Shown: positions 1 to 8,395, counted from the first letter of the stretch. The stretch: 58,499 nt of DNA from an uncultured bacterium (GCA_965369445.1 CBDUQU010000002.1:1-58499), one strand, 5' to 3'. Numbers and translations are program-made. The notes: a model not told the origin generated them from the sequence alone.

Positions 1-2
1 TC

Positions 3-536
3 GACGTCTTTCTCGCAGCCAATAAGGTCGGAGAAACCGGATGGGTCATTGGAGTGGACATGACGCCGGAGATGATAAGAAGGGCAAGATCCAACGCCCG
101 AAAAGGCGGGTACAAGAACGTTGAGTTCCGATTAGGGGAGATCGAAGCCCTGCCGATTGAAGATGAATCGGTGGACGTGATCATAAGCAACTGCGTGATA
201 AATCTCTCCCCGGACAAGGAGAAAGTTTTCGCGGAAGGTTACCGGGTCCTGAGGCGGGGAGGGAGGATGGTGATCTCCGACATTGTCACCGATCAGGAGT
301 TGCCGGACGATATAAGGAAATCATTCTCGGCTTGGGCCGAGTGCATCGGCGGAGCGCTGGTGAGAAAAGAGTACCTGAGCGCGATTAAAAGGGTCGGCTT
401 CAGCCGAATCAGAATATTGGATGAAAAGGTATTCTTAGAGGAGGGGATGAGCGATAAAATCAAGGGGAGGATAACGAGCATCAAGGTAGAGGCGAAAAAA
501 GAACGCACACGCAGATCACGACCTCCTCGTATGTGA
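3..536 (+). CDS. arsM: Arsenite/SAM-dependent methyltransferase (ArsM-like), 5'-truncated by the window edge
   Basis: The frame is open from nt 3 ([24 protein letters not shown]...). It then shows [29 protein letters not shown] and [10 protein letters not shown], typical of class I SAM methyltransferases of the ArsM type. The ORF track lists only 54..536. Confidence 0.7.
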   Translation, partial: DVFLAANKVGETGWVIGVDMTPEMIRRARSNARKGGYKNVEFRLGEIEALPIEDESVDVIISNCVINLSPDKEKVFAEGYRVLRRGGRMVISDIVTDQELPDDIRKSFSAWAECIGGALVRKEYLSAIKRVGFSRIRILDEKVFLEEGMSDKIKGRITSIKVEAKKERTRRSRPPRM

Positions 537-590
537 ACCGAAGCTTTCGATCTATTGACCATTCACCATTGACTACTGACCGAATTTCCC

Positions 591-684
591 GGAGAGGTGG
601 CCGAGTTGGCTGAAGGCAGCTGCCTGCTAAGCAGTTGTAGGGCTTATAACTCTACCCCGGGTTCGAATCCCGGCCTCTCCGCCA
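591..684 (+). tRNA. tRNA-Ser (anticodon GCT), class II with long variable arm, CCA encoded
   Basis: Hand-folded cloverleaf. Acceptor GGAGAGG/CCTCTCC, anticodon arm GCTGC-CTGCTAA-GCAGT, long variable arm, T-arm CCGGG-TTCGAAT-CCCGG, then G-CCA. Confidence 0.9.
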
Positions 685-724
685 TGAACCATACGATTCA
701 TGGCTCCGCTTTTTATTATCCGTC

Positions 725-982
725 GTGTACTACGTTTACATCCTTCAGATGAAGAAAACGGGACGCTATTATATAGGGCAAACTCGGAATCTGGCCAAGC
801 GTTTAGAGAAACACTCACTTGGCAAGACGAAATCGGTGAAGAATCGCGGTGAGTTTGCACTGGTGTATTCTGAGCAGTGTTTCTCTCGCGCACAAGCGAT
901 GAGACGAGAGAAACAGATAAAGGCATACAAAGGAGGCAATGCATTCAAGGAGCTGCTGGAAGGCTGGGATGCCAGCGCATGA
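725..982 (+). CDS. GIY-YIG nuclease family protein (UPF0213/YhbQ-like), copy 1
   Basis: YYVYILQMKKTGRYYIGQT...RLEKH...RREKQIK matches the GIY-(10-11 aa)-YIG, Arg and Glu core of small GIY-YIG proteins. GTG start at 725. Confidence 0.8.
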   Translation: MYYVYILQMKKTGRYYIGQTRNLAKRLEKHSLGKTKSVKNRGEFALVYSEQCFSRAQAMRREKQIKAYKGGNAFKELLEGWDASA

Positions 983-985
983 CAG

Positions 986-1212
986 GCGCTGAACTGGCGG
1001 AAGTCCCGCCTTTGGCGGGATAAGCAGTTGTAGGGCTTATAACTCTCGGGATGTATCAGGGGAACGAAGTCCTGATGTTATGATGCTCGGCTTCCGCATT
1101 CCCTAATGTCGAAGGATCTGAGATCCCGCCATTGGCGGGATACCCCGGGTTCCCTTCGGCTCGTCCTTCGGACTCTCGTTCAGGATCTAAGGACGAATCC
1201 CGGCCTCTCCGC
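986..1212 (+). repeat. Fragmented tRNA-Ser-derived pseudo-tRNA A
   Basis: 1021-1046 is an exact copy of tRNA nt 628-653, 1141-1152 of 653-664, and 1195-1212 of 665-682. A 42-nt insert (1153-1194) splits the T-loop. REP-like hairpins lie at 1004-1020 and 1124-1140. Confidence 0.65.
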
Positions 1213-1227
1213 TTTTTATTATCCGTC

Positions 1228-1644
1228 GTGTACTACGTTTACATCCTTCAAATAAAGAAAACCGGGCGCTATTACAAAGGGCAGACGAAGGACCTGACTA
1301 AGCGTCTGGAGAAACACTCTCGAGGCGAGACCAAGTCCGTTAAGAACCGTGGGAAGTTCGATGTGGTCTATGTGGAGGAATGCTCATCCCGATCTGAAGC
1401 CATGAGGCGAGAGAAGGAGATAAAGAGCTACAAGGGTGGTGAGGCACTCAAGCGTTTATTATCAGATTTCGCTGAGAAAGGGAGATCAGCCGTGGAGTTG
1501 GCTGAAGTCCCGCCTTTGGCGGGATACCCCGGGTTCCCTTCGGCTCGTCCAAAAGACTCGCTCCCTTCGGTCTGCCCGGACGCCCATACGGGCCCGTCTG
1601 GGGGCAAGCGTCTGCTTGAGCTCAGGGTCGAAGACAGGGTCTGA
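1228..1644 (+). CDS. GIY-YIG nuclease family protein, copy 2, with read-through C-terminal extension
   Basis: VYYVYILQIKKTGRYYKGQT...RREKEIKSYKGG is a paralog of copy 1. The GTG at 1228 lies in the same 44-nt block as the copy 1 start. There is no stop at the homologous position, so the ORF runs about 53 codons into pseudo-tRNA B. The 1132 start in the ORF track is probably artefactual. Confidence 0.7.
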   Translation: MYYVYILQIKKTGRYYKGQTKDLTKRLEKHSRGETKSVKNRGKFDVVYVEECSSRSEAMRREKEIKSYKGGEALKRLLSDFAEKGRSAVELAEVPPLAGYPGFPSARPKDSLPSVCPDAHTGPSGGKRLLELRVEDRV

Positions 1645-1664
1645 CGACGAATCCCGGCCTCTCC
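1481..1664 (+). repeat. tRNA-like pseudo-gene B, T-loop interrupted by a 112-nt insert
   Basis: GGAGA...AGTTGGCTGAAG (1496-1507 matches tRNA 604-615). Hairpin tcccgcctttggcggga at 1508-1524. taccccgggttc at 1525-1536 matches tRNA 653-664. Insert at 1537-1648. gaatcccggcctctcc at 1649-1664. Confidence 0.6.
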
Positions 1665-1698
1665 TTTCTCTTTTGTCCGAAGTTCCCTCAGGCTACTC

Positions 1699-2505
1699 AT
1701 GATAAGAGGAATCCAAGTAGTCGACACAAACGCAGACAATATCTGCGACTACCCACTGTGTGGCTACAAGAACATCAAGCAGGAGGGCTACAAGCGGAAG
1801 ACCGATTGGCTAAAGCGACGCTTCAAAGAGGGGATGAAGGTCAAAGTCCTGCATTCACCTCAGGATGGATCTGTGGGGATGATTGAATACGTTCCGGGGG
1901 AATATACCTGGCGAGCGGTAGATGCAGAAGGATACATGCTGATTCACTGTATATTCATAATGCCCAAGAAACTCAAGGGCAAAGGCTATGGGTCACTTAT
2001 GGTGGAAGAGTGCGTGAAGGATACTAAAAGGCAGAAAATGCATGGCGTAGCGGTCGTTACTCGCAAAGGCACCTGGATGGCGGGTAAGGAACTGTTTCTC
2101 AAAAACGGTTTTGAAGTTGTTGACACAGCGCCCCCCGACTTTGAGTTGCTGGTCAAGAAATTCAAGAAGAGCGCACCCTTGCCCAAGTTCAAAGGTGACT
2201 GGGATAAGAGACTGGGCAAATATGATAGAGGTCTGACTATCATTCGATCGGATCAATGTCCTTATGTCGCAAAAGCGTTCAGGGAAATCAGCCAGACAGC
2301 GCAGAGCACCTATGGTATTAAGCCGAGAGTAATCGAGCTAAGAAGCAGCAAGGAAGCACAACGCGCCCCTTCGCCATTCGGTGTCTTCAGCATCATTCTT
2401 GATGGCAAGCTGGTGGCCGATCATCCCATAAGCAACACCAGGTTTGTGAACATCATGAATAAGGAACAGGAATTCCTTAAGAAGTGGGAACAGCGGCACT
2501 CTTGA
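1699..2505 (+). CDS. GNAT family N-acetyltransferase with YoaP-like C-terminal domain
   Basis: The acetyl-CoA-binding region KGKGYGSLMVEECV...KNGFEVV is followed by the C-terminal SDQCPYV...FGVFSIILDGKLV pattern seen in YoaP-like domains. Confidence 0.7.
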   Translation: MIRGIQVVDTNADNICDYPLCGYKNIKQEGYKRKTDWLKRRFKEGMKVKVLHSPQDGSVGMIEYVPGEYTWRAVDAEGYMLIHCIFIMPKKLKGKGYGSLMVEECVKDTKRQKMHGVAVVTRKGTWMAGKELFLKNGFEVVDTAPPDFELLVKKFKKSAPLPKFKGDWDKRLGKYDRGLTIIRSDQCPYVAKAFREISQTAQSTYGIKPRVIELRSSKEAQRAPSPFGVFSIILDGKLVADHPISNTRFVNIMNKEQEFLKKWEQRHS

Positions 2506-2531
2506 GATGACTGAGTCGGCCAAAACGATGG

Positions 2532-2930
2532 GTGGGGGTGGACATGATAGTCAAGTATGCCGTAGCATGGCTCCTGATGCCAATCATCGGGATCATAAAC
2601 GGGACAATTCGACAATACGCATACAGTAACGCTCTGGGCGAGCTGCGTGCACACCAGGTCTCCACGGTGACCGGGATCTTCCTCTTCGGTCTCTATATCT
2701 GGGCGCTAACCCTTCTTTGGAAAATACGTTCATCTGCCGAGGCTATCGCAATTGGCCTCATATGGTTGACTCTAACCATAGCATTTGAGTTTCTGTTCGG
2801 GCATTACGTTATGAAGCATTCGTGGAGCAGACTGTTTCACGATTACAACCTCTTCGAAGGCAGGCTGTGGGTGCTGGTGCTGCTCTGGGTCACATTAGCA
2901 CCCTACGTCTTCCACAAACTCTCCAACTGA
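2532..2930 (+). CDS. Small integral membrane protein, function unknown
   Basis: Four hydrophobic segments. No motif recognised. The start may be the ATG at 2544 (MIVKYAV). Confidence 0.5.
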   Translation: MGVDMIVKYAVAWLLMPIIGIINGTIRQYAYSNALGELRAHQVSTVTGIFLFGLYIWALTLLWKIRSSAEAIAIGLIWLTLTIAFEFLFGHYVMKHSWSRLFHDYNLFEGRLWVLVLLWVTLAPYVFHKLSN

Positions 2931-2979
2931 TCGGAGTGCTAACCGGTCTCCCGAAACCAAGAACTGCAAAGGTGTAAAA

Positions 2980-3678
2980 GTGAACAACACCGATTTTGAG
3001 AGATCTTGGCTGTCGAAGCTCTCCTCCTGTCTGGACAAGATTGTAGGAGAAGATACAAGAAAGAAAATACTGCAGGGCAGCGAGAAGCTTACATCGGATT
3101 CTCCTTCGGATGAGATTATTGAGTGGACCAGGCAGGCCATGGATCGCCTGGATGCACTGGTGGATGAAGAAAAACGAATAGAGATAATGACCGGGTGTGC
3201 CTGTCGGTATCCAGAATCTGAGCTGCGCGAAATCAGGGATGGATATGTCAAGACAAAAGACATTGGCGCGGGTCATAGGATGCTAAGAGACAGGTTCCTT
3301 TCGTTTTTGAAGAACACACTGGGGCTCGAAGACGACTCAGTCGAAGACATCATGAGTCGGGGATGGGGCTTGGCCGGAGTTAGGAAGGGAAACACGATCA
3401 TTGCTACCAAGATGCCCAAAAGCGGGAACCTTGAGGAGTATCTGAAAGAGACGGATCCGAAAAAGCGGCGGGCAATCTATTGTCATTGCCCCAGGATCCG
3501 AGAGGCCATAGGATCGAACACGATAATCTCTCCCACCTACTGCTACTGCGGGGCTGGTTTCTACAAAGGGATATGGGAATACATATTGCAGCAACCTGTA
3601 AAGGTCGAGTTGCTGGAATCAGTCTTGCAGGGAGACGAGGTTTGTAAAGTAGCGATCCATCTGCCGCAGGCGAGGTGA
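2980..3678 (+). CDS. Hypothetical Cys-containing protein
   Basis: 232-aa ORF with coding-like composition and a C-terminal CHCP...YCYCGAGFY cysteine pattern. Family not recognised with certainty. Confidence 0.5.
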   Translation: MNNTDFERSWLSKLSSCLDKIVGEDTRKKILQGSEKLTSDSPSDEIIEWTRQAMDRLDALVDEEKRIEIMTGCACRYPESELREIRDGYVKTKDIGAGHRMLRDRFLSFLKNTLGLEDDSVEDIMSRGWGLAGVRKGNTIIATKMPKSGNLEEYLKETDPKKRRAIYCHCPRIREAIGSNTIISPTYCYCGAGFYKGIWEYILQQPVKVELLESVLQGDEVCKVAIHLPQAR

Positions 3679-3685
3679 GGCGATT

Positions 3686-4264
3686 GTGAAGATGAGTAAA
3701 ACGCTATACGTGACCAATCGGGATGATTGGCGGGCATGGCTGAGGAAAAACCACGGTACCCAAAAAGAAGTGTGGTTGATCTATTACAAGAAACACACCG
3801 GCAAGCCGAGAATCCCATATGATGATGCGGTTGAAGAGGCGTTGTGCTACGGGTGGATAGACAGCACGGTGAAAAGGATTGACGACGAGAAATATGCCCA
3901 GAAGTTCACGCCCCGCAATGAGAAGAGCAACTGGTCCGAGTTGAATAAGAAAAGAGCTAGGAAGATGATTAAGATAGGGAGAATGACTGAAGTAGGCCTG
4001 GCCAAGTTCAAACAAGCAGGGAGGCAGAGAAACGAAAAGGCTATAAGCGAACCACCCAAGAAAAGGCTTATTACTCCTCCAGATCTGAAGAAAGCATTAT
4101 CGGCGAACAAAAAAGCTCTAAGGAATTTCAAGAACTTCGCCCCCAGCTACCGGAGATCGTATATCGCCTGGATAGCTGATGCAAAGCGGAAAGAAACCCG
4201 AGAGAAAAGAATCAAGCAGACCGTCAAATGGTCTGCGGGGAACAAAAAGCCGGGCATGATGTGA
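3686..4264 (+). CDS. YdeI/OmpD-associated family protein
   Basis: WRAWLRKNH...EVWLIYYKK...AVEEALCYGWIDS and the C-terminal YIAWI..AKR.ETR.KRI are characteristic of the YdeI/OmpD-associated family. Confidence 0.7.
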   Translation: MKMSKTLYVTNRDDWRAWLRKNHGTQKEVWLIYYKKHTGKPRIPYDDAVEEALCYGWIDSTVKRIDDEKYAQKFTPRNEKSNWSELNKKRARKMIKIGRMTEVGLAKFKQAGRQRNEKAISEPPKKRLITPPDLKKALSANKKALRNFKNFAPSYRRSYIAWIADAKRKETREKRIKQTVKWSAGNKKPGMM

Positions 4265-4321
4265 CTGTGGGTCAGGAAGCCCCCGTGCCCAGACGGGCTC
4301 GTCCGAGCTCCTGACACTAGG

Positions 4322-4690
4322 CTAACCGAAGTGCTTCATTATCCTTCCTCGATCTTCATTCTCTTTGTCAGCCTTGTAGTAGATCTCGATTAGGACAACC
4401 TTGTCCTCTTTTTCGTAATAGCCATAGATCAGCCTGATGCCGGATTTAGCGCCTTTCCCCTTGAGTGAGCGGCAGGCGAACTTGAGTACCTTGTATACCT
4501 TTGGGGTTTCTATGTCCAAATCGGAGATTCGGACCGTTCCACCGGTTTCCTTTCCTAATTTGTGATAGAGCTTCAACTGGTTTCCGATACAAATATCCAG
4601 ATCATCTTCAAGGGTCTTGTATCGTTTCAGAAGTCTCTTCATGTCCCGCTCGAATTCAGGGAGACGCAAGATCTCACTAAATATCTTCAT
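4322..4690 (-). CDS. RelE/ParE-superfamily-like toxin (putative PanT)
   Basis: 122 aa with a helical N-terminus followed by GIRLIYGYYEKEDKVVLIEIYYKADKEN, a RelE/ParE-type beta-sheet signature. It overlaps the upstream antitoxin gene by 14 nt. Confidence 0.55.
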   Translation of the reverse strand: MKIFSEILRLPEFERDMKRLLKRYKTLEDDLDICIGNQLKLYHKLGKETGGTVRISDLDIETPKVYKVLKFACRSLKGKGAKSGIRLIYGYYEKEDKVVLIEIYYKADKENEDRGRIMKHFG

Positions 4691-5471
4691 CGTATTGTCT
4701 CACCGAATACGGGGCAGTCCTGTAGAAGACGGATTCGTACTCTATGATACCATCATCTTCTGCCGTCAGCCAGGGAACGTCATTGTGGGAGTACTCGCTT
4801 ATCTGCTTGGCACTCATATCCGAAAGCCGGCTCAGCACGTTGTCCATGACTTCCTTTCCTTCCGCCGTGAACTCAGAGAGGTGAGGATCTCTAAGTGGCA
4901 TATACTTCCTTTTCGGGAAACCAAAGTGCTCGCTCTGCACTGGTTCGATCTGGTCATCTTCGATCATCTTCTCAACTATCTTCTGGAACTCCATTGGCGT
5001 GGGACCATATTTGTTCTTCTGATAGGTGGCGCCAATCAGCTGCTCCTCATACAGTTCATAGTAATCGAAATCGATGAAATAGAGGAGCTTGTAGATTACC
5101 GTTTCTCCCACGTTGGGCTTTGAGCCAACCCTGCCGAGGATGTAAAGCAGGACTTCCTTGAACTTCCTGAGGTTCTTCTGAGGAACATTGATTCTGATTT
5201 GGGCCTTGGTCTTTTTCCTTTGCTTTCCTTCCTGCAGGACGACTTCAGGCGCCTTCTCGAATTCCAGCAAGCTCCCAATTGAGACGCCGAATATCTCTGA
5301 GAGGTTTTTCAACTCAGCAAGGGTGATCTTCCTTTTTCCTGCCTCCATCTGGGAAATCGTCGCGTGAGCTGCAATTCCCAGCCTCTTAGCTAGTTTCTCC
5401 TGTGTGATTCCCATTCGTTGTCTGAGTTGCTTTATCCTCTGTCCGAGTTTTTTCTCGAACTGACTCATCAT
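4677..5471 (-). CDS. XRE-family HTH fused to Panacea (DUF4065/SocA-like) antitoxin domain
   Basis: N-terminal LGQRIKQLRQRMGITQEKLAKRLG...ISQMEAGKR (Cro/C1 HTH). C-terminal KLLYFIDFDYYELYEEQLIGATYQKNKYGPTP is typical of DUF4065. Confidence 0.75.
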   Translation of the reverse strand: MMSQFEKKLGQRIKQLRQRMGITQEKLAKRLGIAAHATISQMEAGKRKITLAELKNLSEIFGVSIGSLLEFEKAPEVVLQEGKQRKKTKAQIRINVPQKNLRKFKEVLLYILGRVGSKPNVGETVIYKLLYFIDFDYYELYEEQLIGATYQKNKYGPTPMEFQKIVEKMIEDDQIEPVQSEHFGFPKRKYMPLRDPHLSEFTAEGKEVMDNVLSRLSDMSAKQISEYSHNDVPWLTAEDDGIIEYESVFYRTAPYSVRQYDEDI

Positions 5472-5922
5472 TGACTCCTTTTCTCATACCCCTTCATCAG
5501 TACACATCATGTAACGAAATCTATCGCAGGGTTGTTTGAAAAGATTACATCGGTTTGTTGCACTCGGCTCACGAATCAAACGAGATAGCACGTCAGGTGC
5601 CCTGTCCTCTTGGGCCTTCACTGCGTAGTCCCCCTACGTAAGCCTTATGCGTTTTGACCGTATTGACGAATTTCTCTTCGCTTTTATGTTGACTAAACAG
5701 GATAGCACGCATCGACCGATTTTTTCCCTTGACACGTGATTCGGCTTCGGCTATTCTGGCGGAGAGGGATAACAAGGAACAACACCAGGATTCTTTATAG
5801 ATCGGAAGGCTGCTTCCGTGTTTAGCAACTCGCGTTTGGTTGAGTTAGGGTTCTAACAGAAAGGAGGAGGCTCAGAGACCGTACTGACTTCGTCCACTAC
5901 CTATGAAAGGAGGTGAAGTAAG

Positions 5923-6360
5923 ATGAAAAAGACAACGGCTTTGATAATGATGATTTTGTTTCTGGGGCTGATTGTGTATGCTTGTGCCCAGAAAGAAGAG
6001 GAAAATGAGAAGGTAGTTGATCCCGCTGAGGAGTTGGCCAAGTCCGTTGAAAACGGAAAGATGCTGTTCAGCGATACGACCCTGGGAACAAGCGGGATGA
6101 CCTGCAACTCCTGCCACATGGAGGGAGGAACCAAGGCGGGCAAGATGGGTGACATGGTCGTTCCTGCCTGGGATAACCTGGCAGCAAAATATCCCAAGTA
6201 TTTCGGAATGGCCAAAAAGGTCATGACCTTAGACCAGGTGAACAACTGGTGCATAGTGAATCCACTTAAAGGGAAACCACTGGCCTGGGACGACCAGAGG
6301 CTTACCGACCTGACCGCTTACGTAGCTTCCGTCAAGAAGGTGGAGAAGAAGGAGAAATAA
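5923..6360 (+). CDS. Monoheme c-type cytochrome lipoprotein
   Basis: Signal peptide with lipobox-like VYAC and a single CNSCH heme-binding motif. Strong SD (aaaggagg) upstream. Confidence 0.7.
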   Translation: MKKTTALIMMILFLGLIVYACAQKEEENEKVVDPAEELAKSVENGKMLFSDTTLGTSGMTCNSCHMEGGTKAGKMGDMVVPAWDNLAAKYPKYFGMAKKVMTLDQVNNWCIVNPLKGKPLAWDDQRLTDLTAYVASVKKVEKKEK

Positions 6361-6541
6361 AGCCTACGCACGGATAAAGAATTGCGCGGCGGCGGGGACA
6401 GCTTCCTTACTAAAGGAACCCCCGCCGTGAATCACCGCGCGCTGTCCTGAGGCATCCTTTCGTCCAGGGAAAGACCATTCATCCGGGAGATCGCTACGCC
6501 TCAACGAGGAAGCTGGGGGCTGAAAGTAAAAGGATTAACAT

Positions 6542-7249
6542 ATGGCGTTTCATACCAAGTCCATACTTGCGATCTTTTTTCTTGTAACAGGATTGGTGGC
6601 AGTCATCTGCATGTTGACCCTGATGGGCAGAACGGAGAGAAAAGTCAGTGCAACGTTTTTGCGAAGAATGCACAAGGGTGCGGGAACCCTCTTCGCAGTG
6701 ATGTTCCTGGTGATAAGCTACTTCTGCCTGCAATACGTGAAAACGGCCGGCGATGGGCTCTCCGCCAGGGCCGTCTTTCACGGCGTGCTGTCGCTGTCGC
6801 TTTTCTTCGTCCTGGCGCTCAAGCTATCAATAGCGCGATTCTATAAACAGTTCATCAGATACGTGCCCGGACTGGGTATGACGGCTTTTGGACTTGCCTT
6901 TATCGTGTTCCTTACGTCTGCGGGTTATTTCTTCCTGGTGACAGAAAAGACCACGGTCGCAGGAGAAGCGGTCTCCGAGGTCAGCGGACCCTCGAGCGTT
7001 GGGAGAGGTCAGGGGCTATTCGACAACCAGTGTTCCTTCTGCCACTTCGCCGACAGGACCGATTCAAAGATGGGTCCAGGTTTGAAGGGAGTTCTAAGGG
7101 GAGAGACGTTGCCGGTTAGCGGAAAACCCGCCACGCCGGAAAACGTCACCCGGCAGCTTCTGAATCCCTATAAGAACATGCCATCCTTTAAGACTACTCT
7201 TTCCGAGCAGGAGATCAAAGACCTGGTGGCTTATCTGACGATGCTTTGA
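6542..7249 (+). CDS. Membrane protein (about 4-5 TM) with C-terminal class I cytochrome c domain
   Basis: Hydrophobic N-terminal 140 aa, then GQGLFDNQCSFCH...MPSF...DLVAYL (CxxCH plus a distal Met region). Confidence 0.7.
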   Translation: MAFHTKSILAIFFLVTGLVAVICMLTLMGRTERKVSATFLRRMHKGAGTLFAVMFLVISYFCLQYVKTAGDGLSARAVFHGVLSLSLFFVLALKLSIARFYKQFIRYVPGLGMTAFGLAFIVFLTSAGYFFLVTEKTTVAGEAVSEVSGPSSVGRGQGLFDNQCSFCHFADRTDSKMGPGLKGVLRGETLPVSGKPATPENVTRQLLNPYKNMPSFKTTLSEQEIKDLVAYLTML

Positions 7250-7522
7250 ACCTGGTGCATGTACTGCACCGTGAACCCACCTATCTTTTGCTGGTGCGAG
7301 TGCTGCGGCTGGTGACGTATGTAGGCACCTGAACTTGTAAGAAGGAGCACAGAGAAAACGGGCGAGCAGGTTTTCTTGCTCGCCCGGTGGCTCTTTCTCT
7401 CAGTTCGCCGACAACGGACGCCTTGCCCGTGACGAACCTAGAAAGAGGTTGAGACGATCAGAGTTGATCCAAATCAGGTCAAGTTCTATTTCGACAAAAA
7501 CATCTGGTCTGACATCTTAAGT

Positions 7523-8395
7523 ATGACAGACACGGAGCTGTCGGATTTTCGGGCGTTAATAGAACCGCTGAGGAGGCAGTCAAGAATCGGAATCTGGTAT
7601 TCGCCGATTGGCGTGCTTGAACTAGTGAAGCAGGTGTCGCTAGAGAAGTATTACGATGAGTGCCAGCGTGAGATTAGGTTCGCCTCTGAGATGACTGACA
7701 AGAATCTCCTTGACCATCCGTGGGATCACATCCGCCGTATCGCATACTATAAGATGGGTAAGGCATTCCACGAACCCGATACAGGTTTCCTGAATTTGTG
7801 CCGAGAAATCGCGGTACTTCCGTACAGCCAGATGAAGCACAAGATCGCTAGATTGAGAAAGGTCGCCAGATGGGAGAAGAACTGGGCGCAGGACTTGAGA
7901 CAAGTCGCGACAGATATGAGAAGAGATTTCGGGCTAGAGCCGAGAGACACAAGCCTCAGGGTAGAGACGGATGAGTTTCGAAGCGTTCGCGGCATCCTGT
8001 GGCGAAGAATGAAAAACTGGCGCTATTTTTGTCAGCACTTCAGATTGCCCAGCGAACTACAGGATTTGGCGTTCGAAGATGCAATTCGTCTCTTTCCTTC
8101 ATTCTTATATTGGGTGGACTACCGCATCACGTATGAGAATAAAGTCATTTATGACAACAAGAAGCCGAAGCCCTCAGATTATCTCGACTGGGAGCAACTT
8201 GTCTATCTCAACATAATGGACTACCTCGTCACCAATGATAAAGGACTGAGGAGAATACTGCGGGAATCAATAAACCCAGACCTGGAGCAAGTGACCTTAG
8301 GGTTCGATGAATTCGTTGGGTGTCTCCGAGGGCAGCTTCCGCCTCGAAGGGCTCCGGATTCGGCCGATCGGGTGTGGAAGGACACTAGGATCTGA
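7523..8395 (+). CDS. Hypothetical protein (orphan, 290 aa)
   Basis: Long ORF with coding-like composition and no confidently recognised domain. The C-terminal IMDYLVTNDKGLRRIL faintly resembles the last acidic motif of PIN-like nucleases. Confidence 0.5.
   Translation: MTDTELSDFRALIEPLRRQSRIGIWYSPIGVLELVKQVSLEKYYDECQREIRFASEMTDKNLLDHPWDHIRRIAYYKMGKAFHEPDTGFLNLCREIAVLPYSQMKHKIARLRKVARWEKNWAQDLRQVATDMRRDFGLEPRDTSLRVETDEFRSVRGILWRRMKNWRYFCQHFRLPSELQDLAFEDAIRLFPSFLYWVDYRITYENKVIYDNKKPKPSDYLDWEQLVYLNIMDYLVTNDKGLRRILRESINPDLEQVTLGFDEFVGCLRGQLPPRRAPDSADRVWKDTRI

Noticed and set aside
1132-1227. N-terminal extension of GIY-YIG copy 2 given in the ORF track
   Set aside because: The extension translates pseudo-tRNA A. 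The paralog starts at the GTG inside the 44-nt block shared with copy 1.
591-1700. Integrated prophage or ICE at tRNA-Ser
   Set aside because: No integrase, transposase or phage genes occur downstream. The duplicated segments bracket only the two 85-aa-class GIY-YIG genes. The neighbouring GNAT, YdeI and TA genes carry no att-like boundary that I could find.
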